Assembly: GCA_963716255.1 (NCBI GenBank)
Contig: OY970303.1
Location: forward strand, 1,376,001 to 1,440,000
From: an uncultured Gemmatimonadales bacterium
Lineage (GTDB): Bacteria; Gemmatimonadota; Gemmatimonadetes; Longimicrobiales; Longimicrobiaceae
Length of the DNA stretch: 64,000 nt
Direction: 5' to 3'
Below are positions 46,946-56,628 of this stretch, piece by piece; the first letter of the stretch is position 1, and each line of letters opens with the position of its first letter. The position numbers were made by a program, and so were the translations under genes. Under the pieces are notes generated by a model. The model did no database searches. It saw nothing but the letters and a program-made list of their open reading frames with translations, and was not told the origin of the DNA.

Positions 46946-48299
46946 AGCCGGGGAGCACGCCGCACTCGCTGTCCCAGTCCTCGTCCGCGTCCGCCGCGTC
47001 CGGCGAGTCCAGCACCTCCAGGAAGCTCGCCACCACCTGCGGGTCGAACTGCGACCCCGCGCAGCGCCGCAGCTCCTGCCTCGCGTGCTCGTCGGTGTAC
47101 GCCTCCTTGTAGCTGCGCCGCGTCACCATGGCCGAGTAGGCGTCCACCGCGGAAACGATCCGCGCCGCCACCGGGATCTCCTCGCCGCTCAGGCCGTCCG
47201 GGTACCCCGTGCCGTCGTACCACTCGTGGTGGTGCAGGACCACGTCGGCGATGACCTGGAGCGCGGGGACGTTGCGAAGCAGCTCGTACCCCACGCGCAC
47301 GTGGGCACGCATCAGCTCGCGCTCCTCCGGGAGGAGCGGCCCGGGCTTGTTGAGCACCCCGTCGCTCACGCCGATCTTTCCCACGTCGTGCAGGAGGGCG
47401 GCGTAGCACACCACGCTGCGGTCGTAGTCGCCCAGCCCCATGCGCCGGGCGATCAGGCGGGCGTGGCGCGACGCCATCTCGCAGTGGCCGTGCGTGTACG
47501 GGTCCTTCGCCTCCACCGCGTCTGCGAGCATGGTGACGGTGGAAACGTAGGCGCGCTGCAGCTCGCGCTCCAGGTGGACGTTGCGGACCGCAACCGCCGA
47601 CTGGTCGCCGACGCTCAGCAGGGCGCGGATGTCGTCCTCCTCGAAGCCGCCCTCCTTGTCGGCGGCGATGACGATGCCGTCGAAGTCGCGCAGCAGCATC
47701 ACCGGCGCGGCCACGCAGTTGCGGAACCGCTCGCTCTCGTCGCGCGGCGCGGGAAGGTCGTCCAGGTCGCCGTCCTCGTTGCAGACCAGGGTGCGGTTCT
47801 CGTCCAGCACCCTGCGGCAGAGGGCGACCAGGTGCTCCGAGGGCGGAGCCTCCGGGTAGCCGTCCACATCCACGGCGGCGCGCACCCGCGGCTGCTCGCG
47901 CTCGCGGCGCCAGGTGACGTACACCCCGCGGGTGGCGCCGCTGATCGTCAGGCAGGCGCGGAGGATCAGCTCGTAGACGTTGCCGTCGAAGAGGGCGCGG
48001 TGAATGTCCTTGAGCAGCTCGGCAAGCCGCTCGGCCCGCTCGCGCTGCCGCTCCCCCTCCACGCGCTCCGCGGCGAGCGCCTCCTCCTTCTCGCCCAGGC
48101 GCGCGCCCAGCGCCACGTTGTCCTCCCGCACCCGTCCCAGCTCCGACAGCGCGCCGTCCAGCGCATCGCGGTCGCGGCTCCACTCGTCCATCCGGTCCAG
48201 GTACTCCGTCTCCGCGCGGGCCAGGTGACGGAGGACGGGGTCCACCGGCTCGGGCGCGGTGGAGGGGGGGCCGGGTACCTCGCTTTGGGGCTTCGCCAT
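46908..48299 (-). CDS. GAF + HD-GYP cyclic dinucleotide phosphodiesterase
   Basis: EAKDPYTHGH, LHDVGKIG, HHEWYDGTGYPDGL, QFDP; GAGGAG RBS before MAKPQ. Confidence 0.92.
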   Translation of the reverse strand: MAKPQSEVPGPPSTAPEPVDPVLRHLARAETEYLDRMDEWSRDRDALDGALSELGRVREDNVALGARLGEKEEALAAERVEGERQRERAERLAELLKDIHRALFDGNVYELILRACLTISGATRGVYVTWRREREQPRVRAAVDVDGYPEAPPSEHLVALCRRVLDENRTLVCNEDGDLDDLPAPRDESERFRNCVAAPVMLLRDFDGIVIAADKEGGFEEDDIRALLSVGDQSAVAVRNVHLERELQRAYVSTVTMLADAVEAKDPYTHGHCEMASRHARLIARRMGLGDYDRSVVCYAALLHDVGKIGVSDGVLNKPGPLLPEERELMRAHVRVGYELLRNVPALQVIADVVLHHHEWYDGTGYPDGLSGEEIPVAARIVSAVDAYSAMVTRRSYKEAYTDEHARQELRRCAGSQFDPQVVASFLEVLDSPDAADADEDWDSECGVLPGFTHVKELRDLLS

Positions 48300-48460
48300 C
48301 GCGGACTCCTCGGCGTGTGTGTATCGAGTCGGCAACCGTGCGATTCAGCATCAACCATGCCTCTTCGTGGACACTGAAACTTCCGGCGCTCCGCCCGCGT
48401 AATCCGCCCCTGAGCCGGGTTCATCCCGCACCCCCCGAAACGTTCCGAGCCAACCCGACC

Positions 48461-51142
48461 ATGCTCGCTCTCTTCGCCCTCGTGGGCGCCACCCTCGCCG
48501 CGGCCCCGGCGGACTCGCTCAAGTCGGTGTCCGCCGTGCGCGTTCCCGCCGGCCAGCCGCTGACCATGGACGGGCGCCTGGACGAGGAAGTGTGGAGCCG
48601 CGCCGAGCCCGCGCGCGGATTCGTGCAGTACGCGCCCGATGCCGGCGCGGCCGCCTCGCACCGGACCGAAGCCTTCGTGGCCTACGACGACCAGGCCGTG
48701 TACGTGGCCGTGCGCGCCCACGACCCGCGCCCGGACTCCATCGTGGGGCAGCTCGCCCGCCGCGACGCGGACGTGTTCTCCGACTGGATCGAGGTGGGCT
48801 TCGACTCGTTCCACGACCGGCGCACCGGCTACGTCTTCGGCGTCAACCCGCGCGGCGTCAAGAAGGACGCCTTCCTGTTCGACGACACCGAAAGCGACGT
48901 GGGCTGGAACGCGGTGTGGGACGCCGCCGCGCGCGTGGACTCGGCCGGGTGGACGGCGGAGTTCCGCATCCCCCTGTCGCAGCTCCGCTACAGCGCCCGC
49001 GACCTGGAGGCCGGCGGCCGGGTGTGGGGCTTCGAGGTGAAGCGCACCGTCGCCCGAACCCGCGAGGAAAGCTTCTGGGCGCCGGTGCTCCCCAACACCC
49101 CGGGCGTGGTGTCGCGCTTCGGCCAGCTGCGCGGGCTGGCCGGGCTCCCCTCGCCCCGCAGCCTGGAAGTGCAGCCCTACACCGTGGCGCAGCTCACCCG
49201 CGCCCCGGAAGACCCGGGGAACCCCTTCTACCGGCGCAGCGACCCCGGCGCGGGCGTGGGGGCAGACCTCAAGTACGGGATCACCTCCAGCCTGACGCTC
49301 ACCGCCACCATCAACCCCGACTTCGGGCAGGTGGAGGCGGACCCGTCGCAGGTGAACCTGTCCGCCTACGAGACCTTCTTCCCCGAGCAGCGCCCCTTCT
49401 TCGTGGAAGGGTCCGACATCTTCCGCTTCGGGCTGGGCGCCGGCGACGGCGACTTCGGCTCCGAGGCGCTCTTCTACTCCCGCCGCATCGGCCGCGCGCC
49501 GCAGGGCGCAGCGGACCGCGTCCCCGGCGACGCGGAGTTCAGCGACGTGCCGGAGGCAAGCAACATCCTGGGGGCGGCGAAGCTCACCGGGCGGACGCGG
49601 AGCGGCTGGTCGCTGGGCTTCATGGACGCGGTGACGGGGCGCGAGGAGGCACGCTACCTGGACCCTCTGAGCGGGGAGCGCGTGGCGGCCGGGGTGGAGC
49701 CCACGACCAACTACGGCGTGGCGCGCGTGATTCGCTCGTTCCAGGAGGGGCGCAGCGCCGTGGGCGGCATCGTCACCACCGTGCACCGCGACCTGGACCC
49801 GGCGGACGGGCTGGGCTTCCTGCGCTCTTCGGCGTACGCGGGGGGCGTGGACGGGCGCACCCGCTTCGGCGGCGGCAACTACGAGGTGCGCGGCTGGGTG
49901 CTGGGGAGCAGCGTGCACGGCGACACCCTGGCCCTGCAGCGGACACAGCGGGCCTCCACCCGCTACTTCCAGCGCCCCGACGCCGACCACCTGGGCCTCG
50001 ACGCGTCCAGCACCTCCATGCTGGGGTGGGCCGCGAGCGTGGAGGCGTTCAAGCTGGGCGGCGGCAACTGGCGCTGGGCCACCGTGCTCAACACGCGCTC
50101 CCCCGGCTTCGAGACCAACGACCTGGGCTACCAGCGCGACGCGGACCAGACGCTGTGGGCGGGGAACCTCCGCTACCAGCAGACGCAGCAGGGGCGCACC
50201 TTCCGCAGCTGGAACCTGGGCGGCAACGCCTGGACGGGCTACACCTACGGGGGCGAGAAGACCTCGCTGGGCGGCAACGTCAACGGCAGCTTCCGCCTGC
50301 TCAACTTCTGGGGCGCCAACGGCGGGTTCGGCCTGGAGCGCCCGGTGGTGGCGACCCGCGCGCTGCGCGGCGGCCCCTCGCTGCGCATCCCCGCCTCGTA
50401 CAACGCGTGGGCCGGCATCAGCAGCGACAGCCGCAGGAGCGTGTACGGGTACCTGGACGTGAGCGCCGGGTGGGACGCCGAGGAGGACGGCCGCGGGTGG
50501 ACCGTCAGCCCCTCCGTCACCTGGCGGGCCTCCACCCGCACCGACCTGTCGCTGGAGCCCTCGTACTCGCGGTCCGTCAACAGCTGGCAGTTCGTCGGCT
50601 CCACCTCGCTGGACGGCGCGCCGCACTACGTGTTCAGCCGGCTGGAGCAGAGCACCGCCGCGCTGACGGCGCGGCTGAGCTACACCTTCACCCCCAACCT
50701 GTCGCTCCAGCTGTACGCGCAGCCCTTCCTCAGCGCGGGCGACGCGGCGGGCTTCCGCGAGGTGGCGCTTGCGGACGGCGGCGCGCGGGTCGTGGACGCC
50801 GACCGCTTCGGCGACCGCTTCCGCCCGCTGGGCACCCCGGCGCCTGCGGACGACGAGTACCGCGCCGACGCGGACGGCGACGGCGACGGCGACGCCGACG
50901 TGCGCTTCACCAACCCCGACTTCAACGTCAAGGAGTTCCGCTCCAACGCGGTGCTCCGCTGGGAGTACCGCCCGGGCTCCACGCTGTTCGTGGTGTGGAG
51001 CCAGGGGCGCGAGGACTTCGCCCGCGACGGCCGCTTCGGGCTGATGCGGGACACGCGGCGCCTGTTCGGGATGGACGACGCCTTCCCGGTGCGCACCACC
51101 AACGTGCTCCTGGTGAAGGTCAACTACTGGCTGAGCCTGTGA
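48461..51142 (+). CDS. DUF5916 / CBM9-like outer-membrane protein
   Basis: DGRLDEEVW, WTAEFRIP, TINPDFGQVEAD, FFPEQRPFFVEG, YSRRIG, C-terminal KVNYWLSL. Confidence 0.85.
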   Translation: MLALFALVGATLAAAPADSLKSVSAVRVPAGQPLTMDGRLDEEVWSRAEPARGFVQYAPDAGAAASHRTEAFVAYDDQAVYVAVRAHDPRPDSIVGQLARRDADVFSDWIEVGFDSFHDRRTGYVFGVNPRGVKKDAFLFDDTESDVGWNAVWDAAARVDSAGWTAEFRIPLSQLRYSARDLEAGGRVWGFEVKRTVARTREESFWAPVLPNTPGVVSRFGQLRGLAGLPSPRSLEVQPYTVAQLTRAPEDPGNPFYRRSDPGAGVGADLKYGITSSLTLTATINPDFGQVEADPSQVNLSAYETFFPEQRPFFVEGSDIFRFGLGAGDGDFGSEALFYSRRIGRAPQGAADRVPGDAEFSDVPEASNILGAAKLTGRTRSGWSLGFMDAVTGREEARYLDPLSGERVAAGVEPTTNYGVARVIRSFQEGRSAVGGIVTTVHRDLDPADGLGFLRSSAYAGGVDGRTRFGGGNYEVRGWVLGSSVHGDTLALQRTQRASTRYFQRPDADHLGLDASSTSMLGWAASVEAFKLGGGNWRWATVLNTRSPGFETNDLGYQRDADQTLWAGNLRYQQTQQGRTFRSWNLGGNAWTGYTYGGEKTSLGGNVNGSFRLLNFWGANGGFGLERPVVATRALRGGPSLRIPASYNAWAGISSDSRRSVYGYLDVSAGWDAEEDGRGWTVSPSVTWRASTRTDLSLEPSYSRSVNSWQFVGSTSLDGAPHYVFSRLEQSTAALTARLSYTFTPNLSLQLYAQPFLSAGDAAGFREVALADGGARVVDADRFGDRFRPLGTPAPADDEYRADADGDGDGDADVRFTNPDFNVKEFRSNAVLRWEYRPGSTLFVVWSQGREDFARDGRFGLMRDTRRLFGMDDAFPVRTTNVLLVKVNYWLSL

Positions 51143-51165
51143 ACCCCTGCAAGGAAGCGTTCCGC

Positions 51166-52218
51166 ATGAAGACAGCATCCCCGAGGACCCGCGCGCTCGC
51201 CGGCGCCGCCCTGCTGGCCGCCGTCCTGGCCGCCCCGGCCGGGGCGCAGCAGCCCGAGCGCTACGCCCTGCGGGGCGAGCGGGTGTCCATCCACAACCTG
51301 GCCGGCGAGGTCCGCCTGGTGGGCGGCACGGGCCAGGAGGTGGTGGTGGAGGTGGCGCGCGGCGGCGACGACGCGCGCGAGCTGCGGGTGAACCGCGGCC
51401 GCGACGACGGCGCCGAGCGGCTGGTGGTGGTCACCCCGGGGACGCGGGTGGTGTACCCGCGCATGGGAAGCCGGTCCACCAGCACGCTGAGCGTGCGCGA
51501 GGACGGCACCTTCGGGCGCGGCGGGCGCCGGGTGACGGTGTCCGGCGGCGGCCGCGGCACCGAGGCGTACGCCAACCTCACGGTGCGGATCCCGGCCGGG
51601 CGCTCGGTGACGCTGCACCAGGGCGTCGGCAAGGTGGAGGTGGCCAACGTCGACGGCAACCTGAGCCTCAACACCTCCTCCGCCTCCGTGGCCTCGGCGG
51701 GGACGCGGGGGTCGCTGACGGTGGACGTGGGTTCCGGGAGCGTGCGCGTGGAGCGCGCCCAGGGCGACGTGGACGTGGACACCGGCTCCGGGAGCGTGCG
51801 CCTGGCGGAGGTGCGCGGCCGCCGGCTGAGCGTGGACACGGGGAGCGGAGCGGTGACGGGGAGCGGCCTCGCCGCGGACGACGTGCTGGTGGACGTGGGC
51901 TCCGGCGCGGTGGAGCTCACGGGCGTGCGCGCCGGCGCGCTCAAGGTGGACACCGGGAGCGGGTCGGTGCAGCTGTCGCTCGTGTCCGACGCGCGCTCCG
52001 TGGAGGTGGACACGGGCTCCGGGAGCGTGCGGCTGGCCGTGCCGTCGTCGTTCGGGGCGGAGGTGGAGATCGACACCGGCTCCGGCGGCATCCAGGTGGA
52101 CGTGCCGGCGCAGGCGCAGACCGTGCGGCGCGACTACTACCGCGGGCGCATCGGCGACGGCCGCGGCCGGGTGGAGATCGACACCGGGTCCGGCGGGGTG
52201 CGCATCACGCGCAGCTGA
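51166..52218 (+). CDS. DUF4097 beta-strand repeat (adhesin-like) protein
   Basis: Signal peptide; about 8 VDTGSG/VDVGSG repeats. Confidence 0.85.
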   Translation: MKTASPRTRALAGAALLAAVLAAPAGAQQPERYALRGERVSIHNLAGEVRLVGGTGQEVVVEVARGGDDARELRVNRGRDDGAERLVVVTPGTRVVYPRMGSRSTSTLSVREDGTFGRGGRRVTVSGGGRGTEAYANLTVRIPAGRSVTLHQGVGKVEVANVDGNLSLNTSSASVASAGTRGSLTVDVGSGSVRVERAQGDVDVDTGSGSVRLAEVRGRRLSVDTGSGAVTGSGLAADDVLVDVGSGAVELTGVRAGALKVDTGSGSVQLSLVSDARSVEVDTGSGSVRLAVPSSFGAEVEIDTGSGGIQVDVPAQAQTVRRDYYRGRIGDGRGRVEIDTGSGGVRITRS

Positions 52219-52238
52219 TGATTACTGCGCGAACTGCC

Positions 52239-52492
52239 GGTTCGGGCGTGACCCCGGCTGGCGCCGGGGTCGGGCTTCGGCTCCGTAAGGCAGCAAACAA
52301 CGCTGCCTAACGGAGTCGAGCCCGCGCAAACAGCCGCGCGGTCTCGTCCCTTCGGGCCGTAATCCCTCACGCAACTGCCTGCCCGTTCTCAGGATCCAGC
52401 AGTTGCCCCCTGTCCCGGAATGGCGCTTCACGCTTCGCGTGAACCGGGTGAAGGGAGAGGGTGGCGAGCCTCAAGCGAGCCGGGTGAGGGCC
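52239..52492 (+). repeat. Dispersed repeat family A copy 7 (core 52239-52371) with D and C extension
   Basis: Colinear with 13167-13422. Confidence 0.92.
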
Positions 52493-52590
52493 CGACGAGG
52501 GCCGCCCGCACCGGGAAATCCCGGTGCGGGCGGTTTTTGCGTGTGCCGTACTTCGTACGGCGTACTTCTTTCCTGCCGAGGAGATCCCGG

Positions 52591-53622
52591 ATGGAGCCCA
52601 GCCAACGCCCCGCGCACCACCTCCCCGACGGCACCTTCCGCGCGCCGTGGCCGGTGGAGGGCGGGGACCGGCGCGGACAGCGGGAGCTGCTGCGCTGGCA
52701 GTGGGAGCGGCTGACCCGCCGCCTGCCGCCCGATCCGCCGGCGGGCGCCTTTCCCCTGGCGGAGAGCGACGTCGCCCGTCCGCGCGCGCGGATGGACGAG
52801 GTGCGCATCACCTGGGTGGGGCACGCCTCGTTCCTGGTGCAGGCGGGCGGGCTCAACCTGCTCACCGACCCGGTCTGGAGCCGGCGCGCGTCGCCGCTCC
52901 GCTGGGCGGGGCCGGCGCGCTTCGTCCCGCCGGGGATCGCGTGGGAGGCGCTGCCGCCCATCGACGCGGTGCTCCTCTCGCACGACCACTACGACCACCT
53001 GGACGACGACACCGTGCGGCGGCTGCACGCGCGCTTCGGCGGCGGCCTGCGCTGGCTTGCACCGCTCGCGTACCGCGAGTGGCTGGGCGCGCGGGGAATC
53101 ACCCGCGTGACCGAGCTCGACTGGTGGGAGGAGACCGAGATGGAGGGCCACGGGGGAGCCCTGCGCGCCGTCTGCCTCCCCGCGCAGCACTGGACGCGGC
53201 GGGGGATGCGCGAGTTCAACGACCGGCTGTGGGGCTCGTGGATGCTCGCCACGCCGTCCGGACGGCGCGTCTACTTCGCCGGCGACAGCGGCTACTGGCC
53301 CGGGTTCCGGGAGATCGGGGAGCGGTTCGGGCCGCTGGACGCGGCGCTGGTCCCCATCGGCGCGTACGAGCCGCGCTGGTTCATGCGCCCGGCGCACATG
53401 AACCCCGAGGAGGCGGTGCGCGCCTACCTGGACCTGGGCGGCGCCGGCCTCTTCACGGGGATGCACTGGGGGACCTTCCGCCTCACCGACGAGGACCCGC
53501 TGGAGCCCCCGGTGCGCGCCCGCGCCGCCTGGGCGGAGGCGGGACTCCCGGCCGAGCGCCTGTGGATTCCCCGCCACGGCGAGACACGCGTGGTCCCCCG
53601 CGCCGCGGCGCCCGCGGGATAG
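52591..53622 (+). CDS. MBL-fold metallo-hydrolase (NAPE-PLD/RomA-like)
   Basis: TWVGHAS, LTDPVWS, SHDHYDHLD, YFAGDSGY, PIGAYEPRWFM, MHWGTF. Confidence 0.92.
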   Translation: MEPSQRPAHHLPDGTFRAPWPVEGGDRRGQRELLRWQWERLTRRLPPDPPAGAFPLAESDVARPRARMDEVRITWVGHASFLVQAGGLNLLTDPVWSRRASPLRWAGPARFVPPGIAWEALPPIDAVLLSHDHYDHLDDDTVRRLHARFGGGLRWLAPLAYREWLGARGITRVTELDWWEETEMEGHGGALRAVCLPAQHWTRRGMREFNDRLWGSWMLATPSGRRVYFAGDSGYWPGFREIGERFGPLDAALVPIGAYEPRWFMRPAHMNPEEAVRAYLDLGGAGLFTGMHWGTFRLTDEDPLEPPVRARAAWAEAGLPAERLWIPRHGETRVVPRAAAPAG

Positions 53623-53702
53623 CCCCCGCTACGTCGCCGGGACGGGATGGAGCGAGGGGGCGGCCCACGCGGCCGCCCCCTCTGCGTGGAGCGTGGCGCG
53701 GC

Positions 53703-54194
53703 TCAGCGCATGGCGTCGGGGTTCACCACCCGCTCGGCCAGCGCGCTCAGGCGGTGGTCGGTGGTCCCCTCCTCGTCCAGCGTCCGCTGGAGGATGTCCG
53801 CCTGCCCGTCCAGGCCCAGCTGCCGCGCGAAGGTGCGGACGGTGCCGTACCCCGCCATCTCGTAGTGCTCCACCCGCTGCGCCGAGGTGATGAGGCCCGC
53901 GTCCAGCACGTCGGACTCCACCTTCATCTTCATCAGCTCGTCGCCCTCCTTGAGGAGCCCCTCCATCCCCTTGCAGTGATGGCCCGAGGTCTTCTCGCCC
54001 AGCTCCTCGAACACCTGCTCCAGCCGGCGCACGTGCTCCCGGGTCTGCACCTCGTGCTCGGTGAAGGCGGTCTTCAGCTCCGGGTGGGACGCCTTGTCGG
54101 CCATCATCGGGAGCACCTTGAGGATCTGGTTCTCGGCGCTGTACAGGTCGCGGAGCTGGTCCACGTACAGGTCCTTGAGATTCTCCATCTTCAT
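53703..54194 (-). CDS. YciE/YciF ferritin-like protein (DUF892)
   Basis: LRDLYSAENQ, CKGMEGL, AQRVEHYEMAGYGT, TLDEE. Confidence 0.92.
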   Translation of the reverse strand: MKMENLKDLYVDQLRDLYSAENQILKVLPMMADKASHPELKTAFTEHEVQTREHVRRLEQVFEELGEKTSGHHCKGMEGLLKEGDELMKMKVESDVLDAGLITSAQRVEHYEMAGYGTVRTFARQLGLDGQADILQRTLDEEGTTDHRLSALAERVVNPDAMR

Positions 54195-54346
54195 ACAGGC
54201 CTCCTTTGTATATGTGGTTTACAACTCGGCACTTCGCCCTGCCACGGACCCGCGTCGCGGGTTCCGCCGGGGCCGCCACCCCATGCACGTGACGTACCAC
54301 GGCGCCTTTCGGCGAAACCGATTGCGCGATCCGGAGCGCACCGCTA

Positions 54347-54368
54347 ACCTGTACAGGTAAGCCGTACG
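54347..54368 (+). promoter_or_regulatory. TA operator palindromes
   Basis: Perfect ACCTGTACAGGT (54347-54358) plus CGTACG (54363-54368) just upstream of the antitoxin RBS AAGGAGG. Confidence 0.6.
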
Positions 54369-54385
54369 TATTCCAAGGAGGTCCG

Positions 54386-54724
54386 ATGAAGCCGACGAAG
54401 AAGAAGCGGATGACCGTCGCGGAGGCGCGCGCGAAGCTGTACGACCTCGTCGAGTACGTGACCGAGACTCCTGATTCGGCGGTGGTGATCGAGCACCGCG
54501 ACCGCAAGGAGCGCGCGGTACTGGTGGACGAGGGACACTATAGGTACCTGGAGACGGTGGTGTACGAGATGAAGAAGCGTGACGAGAATCCGTTCAGGCT
54601 GGCAGGAAGCCTCCGGCCCGCCGACGGGAACGACGTCGATCTGGTAGAAGTGCTCGAGAAGAACCGGCAGGAGCAGGCGGAGCTCTTCCAGAAGAAGCTC
54701 GACAGCACCTTCTCCGATGATTGA
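54386..54724 (+). CDS. Phd/YefM family antitoxin
   Basis: MTVAEARAKLYDLVE..VVIEHR..AVLV. Confidence 0.8.
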   Translation: MKPTKKKRMTVAEARAKLYDLVEYVTETPDSAVVIEHRDRKERAVLVDEGHYRYLETVVYEMKKRDENPFRLAGSLRPADGNDVDLVEVLEKNRQEQAELFQKKLDSTFSDD

Positions 54725-55121
54725 GATCGCCGTGACGGATGCGCACGCGCTGATCTGGTACGCACAGTCCGAACGGCGCAGGCTGGGGAGCCTCGCGCGC
54801 CGGATCTTCGAGGCGGCCGATGACAGAAAGGCCGTCGTTTACGTTCCCGCGCTCGTGCTCGTGGAAATCGGAGAATCGATCCAGAAGGGCAACATACGGC
54901 TCGCACAGCCGTTTTCGGCCTGGGCACACAAGCTCCTCGCGTCCAAGCACTTCGTTCCCGTGGACCTGAGCTGGGACGTGGTGCGGCGGGCGGAGGAGCT
55001 TTACTCCATCCCGGAGCGTGGCGACCGGCTGATCGCCGCGACCGCCGCCCACCTCGGCCTACCCCTGATCACGCGCGACCCCGAGATCGCCAGGGCGGCG
55101 GGGGTGGAGGTGGTGTGGTGA
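54717..55121 (+). CDS. PIN-domain (VapC-like) toxin
   Basis: VTDAHALIW, LVEI, DRLIAATA..LITRD; overlaps the antitoxin. Confidence 0.9.
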   Translation: MIEIAVTDAHALIWYAQSERRRLGSLARRIFEAADDRKAVVYVPALVLVEIGESIQKGNIRLAQPFSAWAHKLLASKHFVPVDLSWDVVRRAEELYSIPERGDRLIAATAAHLGLPLITRDPEIARAAGVEVVW

Positions 55122-55209
55122 GCCGGACCCGGCGGCCGCTTCTCCGCGTCTCCCCCGCCCGGTAGGATCATCGTTCCCGACCGGCCTTCCTCCCGACCGA
55201 AGCCCCCCC

Positions 55210-55788
55210 ATGCACCCGTCCACCATCGCCCTCCTCGCGCTCCTCGGCGCCTGCGCCTCCCTGCCCCGGCCGGGCGGCGGCCTTTCCGCCGAGCAGGAAG
55301 CTTTCTGGTCGGCGCTGCGCCGGCACTGCGGGCGCGCCTACGAGGGGCGCCTCACCCAGGGCAACGCCTCGGACACGGCGTTCGCGGGAAAGGTGCTGAC
55401 CATGCACGTCCGCGAGTGCACGGACGACGCGGTCCGCATCCCCTTCCACCTGGGCGAGGACCGCTCGCGCACCTGGGTGCTCACCCGCACCGCCGCCGGT
55501 CTGCGCCTCAAGCACGACCACCGGCACCGGGACGGCACCGAGGACAGGGTGACGCGGTACGGCGGCGACACGCGCGGTCCCGGCACCGCGTCCGGCCAGG
55601 AGTTCCCCGCCGATTCCCTCACCGCCGCCCTGATCCCCGCGGCCGCCGCCAACGTGTGGACCGTGGAGGTGGTGCCGGGAGAGCGCTTCGCCTACGCGCT
55701 GCGCCGCGAGGGAACGGACCGGCGCTTCCGGGTGGAGTTCGACCTCGCGCGCCCCGTCGCGCCGCCGCCGGCACCCTGGGGCCACTGA
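55210..55788 (+). CDS. Conserved hypothetical lipoprotein
   Basis: Lipobox LGAC; HCGRAYEG, MHVREC, LKHDHRHRDG, FRVEFDL. Confidence 0.8.
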   Translation: MHPSTIALLALLGACASLPRPGGGLSAEQEAFWSALRRHCGRAYEGRLTQGNASDTAFAGKVLTMHVRECTDDAVRIPFHLGEDRSRTWVLTRTAAGLRLKHDHRHRDGTEDRVTRYGGDTRGPGTASGQEFPADSLTAALIPAAAANVWTVEVVPGERFAYALRREGTDRRFRVEFDLARPVAPPPAPWGH

Positions 55789-55873
55789 TCCGCCCTCCGG
55801 GACGGGCGGGGAGGATACGACGAAGCGGCGCGGGATCGTCCCGGCGCCGCTCGTTTTTCCTGGCTCCGCGGCC

Positions 55874-56329
55874 CTACGGGACCCCGCCGCCCCTGGGCCT
55901 GCCGCGGCCGCCCTGTCTCCGCGGCCTTCGGTAGGGCAGCTCGTTGCGGTACTCCGCCTCGATCAGGCGCGACCACCAGAGCCGCATTGCCGGGGTGGTC
56001 CCCGGGAGCTCGTCCGGGAAGCGCTCCGCGAGCTCGAAGAGGCGGTGCACGTCGGCGATCGCCTGTGCCTTGCCGCCCGGGAAGATGGCGCGCAGCTCGG
56101 ACGCCCAGAACACCGGTGCCTCCGTGCCCCCCGACTCGGCAACGAAGATCAGGCCGCGCTCCCGCCAGTACAGCCGGGTGAACGTGCGGATGGAGCGCGA
56201 GTGGGGACGCTCCGTCTCCCCGTCGACGAACTTGCGGATCGCCTCGTGGCCCACGCCGGTGACCGCCTCCGCGTGGCGCAGCGAGGTGCCCTCCACGAAC
56301 TCCTTCATGAACGCGCGGAGGTCGTCCAA
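55874..56329 (-). CDS. Hypothetical protein with an XRE/Cro-like HTH
   Basis: TSLRHAEAVTGVGHEAIRKFVDGETERP; start uncertain. Confidence 0.6.
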   Translation of the reverse strand: MDDLRAFMKEFVEGTSLRHAEAVTGVGHEAIRKFVDGETERPHSRSIRTFTRLYWRERGLIFVAESGGTEAPVFWASELRAIFPGGKAQAIADVHRLFELAERFPDELPGTTPAMRLWWSRLIEAEYRNELPYRRPRRQGGRGRPRGGGVP

Positions 56330-56484
56330 CGCAACGGGCCGCAGGGGGCCACGCTCGTAGACGACCTCAGGGCGCTCGGCGGCGCCCTGTCCACTTTGAC
56401 CGCTATCGTTTGGGGGACACTGGAGAGTGTAGACGAAGGGCCGGCGTCGCGCAAGAACGGGTTGTGGACGGACGGCTCACGGCG

Positions 56485-56621
56485 GGTTCGGGCGTGCCCC
56501 CGGCTGGCGCCGGGGTCGGGCTTCGGCTCCGTAACGCACGAAACAACCGTGCGTAACGGAGTCGAGCCCCGCGAAACTGCCCGCGGGTCTCGCCCCTTCG
56601 GGCCGGAATCCCTCACGCGGG
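56485..56621 (+). repeat. Dispersed repeat family A, copy 8
   Basis: ggttcgggcgtgcccccggc...ggaatccctcacgcgg. Confidence 0.9.
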
Positions 56622-56628
56622 GATTCGG

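Noticed and set aside
50866..50900. GACGGC tandem repeat (DADGDGDGDAD)
   Set aside because: In-frame coding repeat resembling a Dx[DN]xDG calcium-binding loop of the DUF5916 protein, not a separate element
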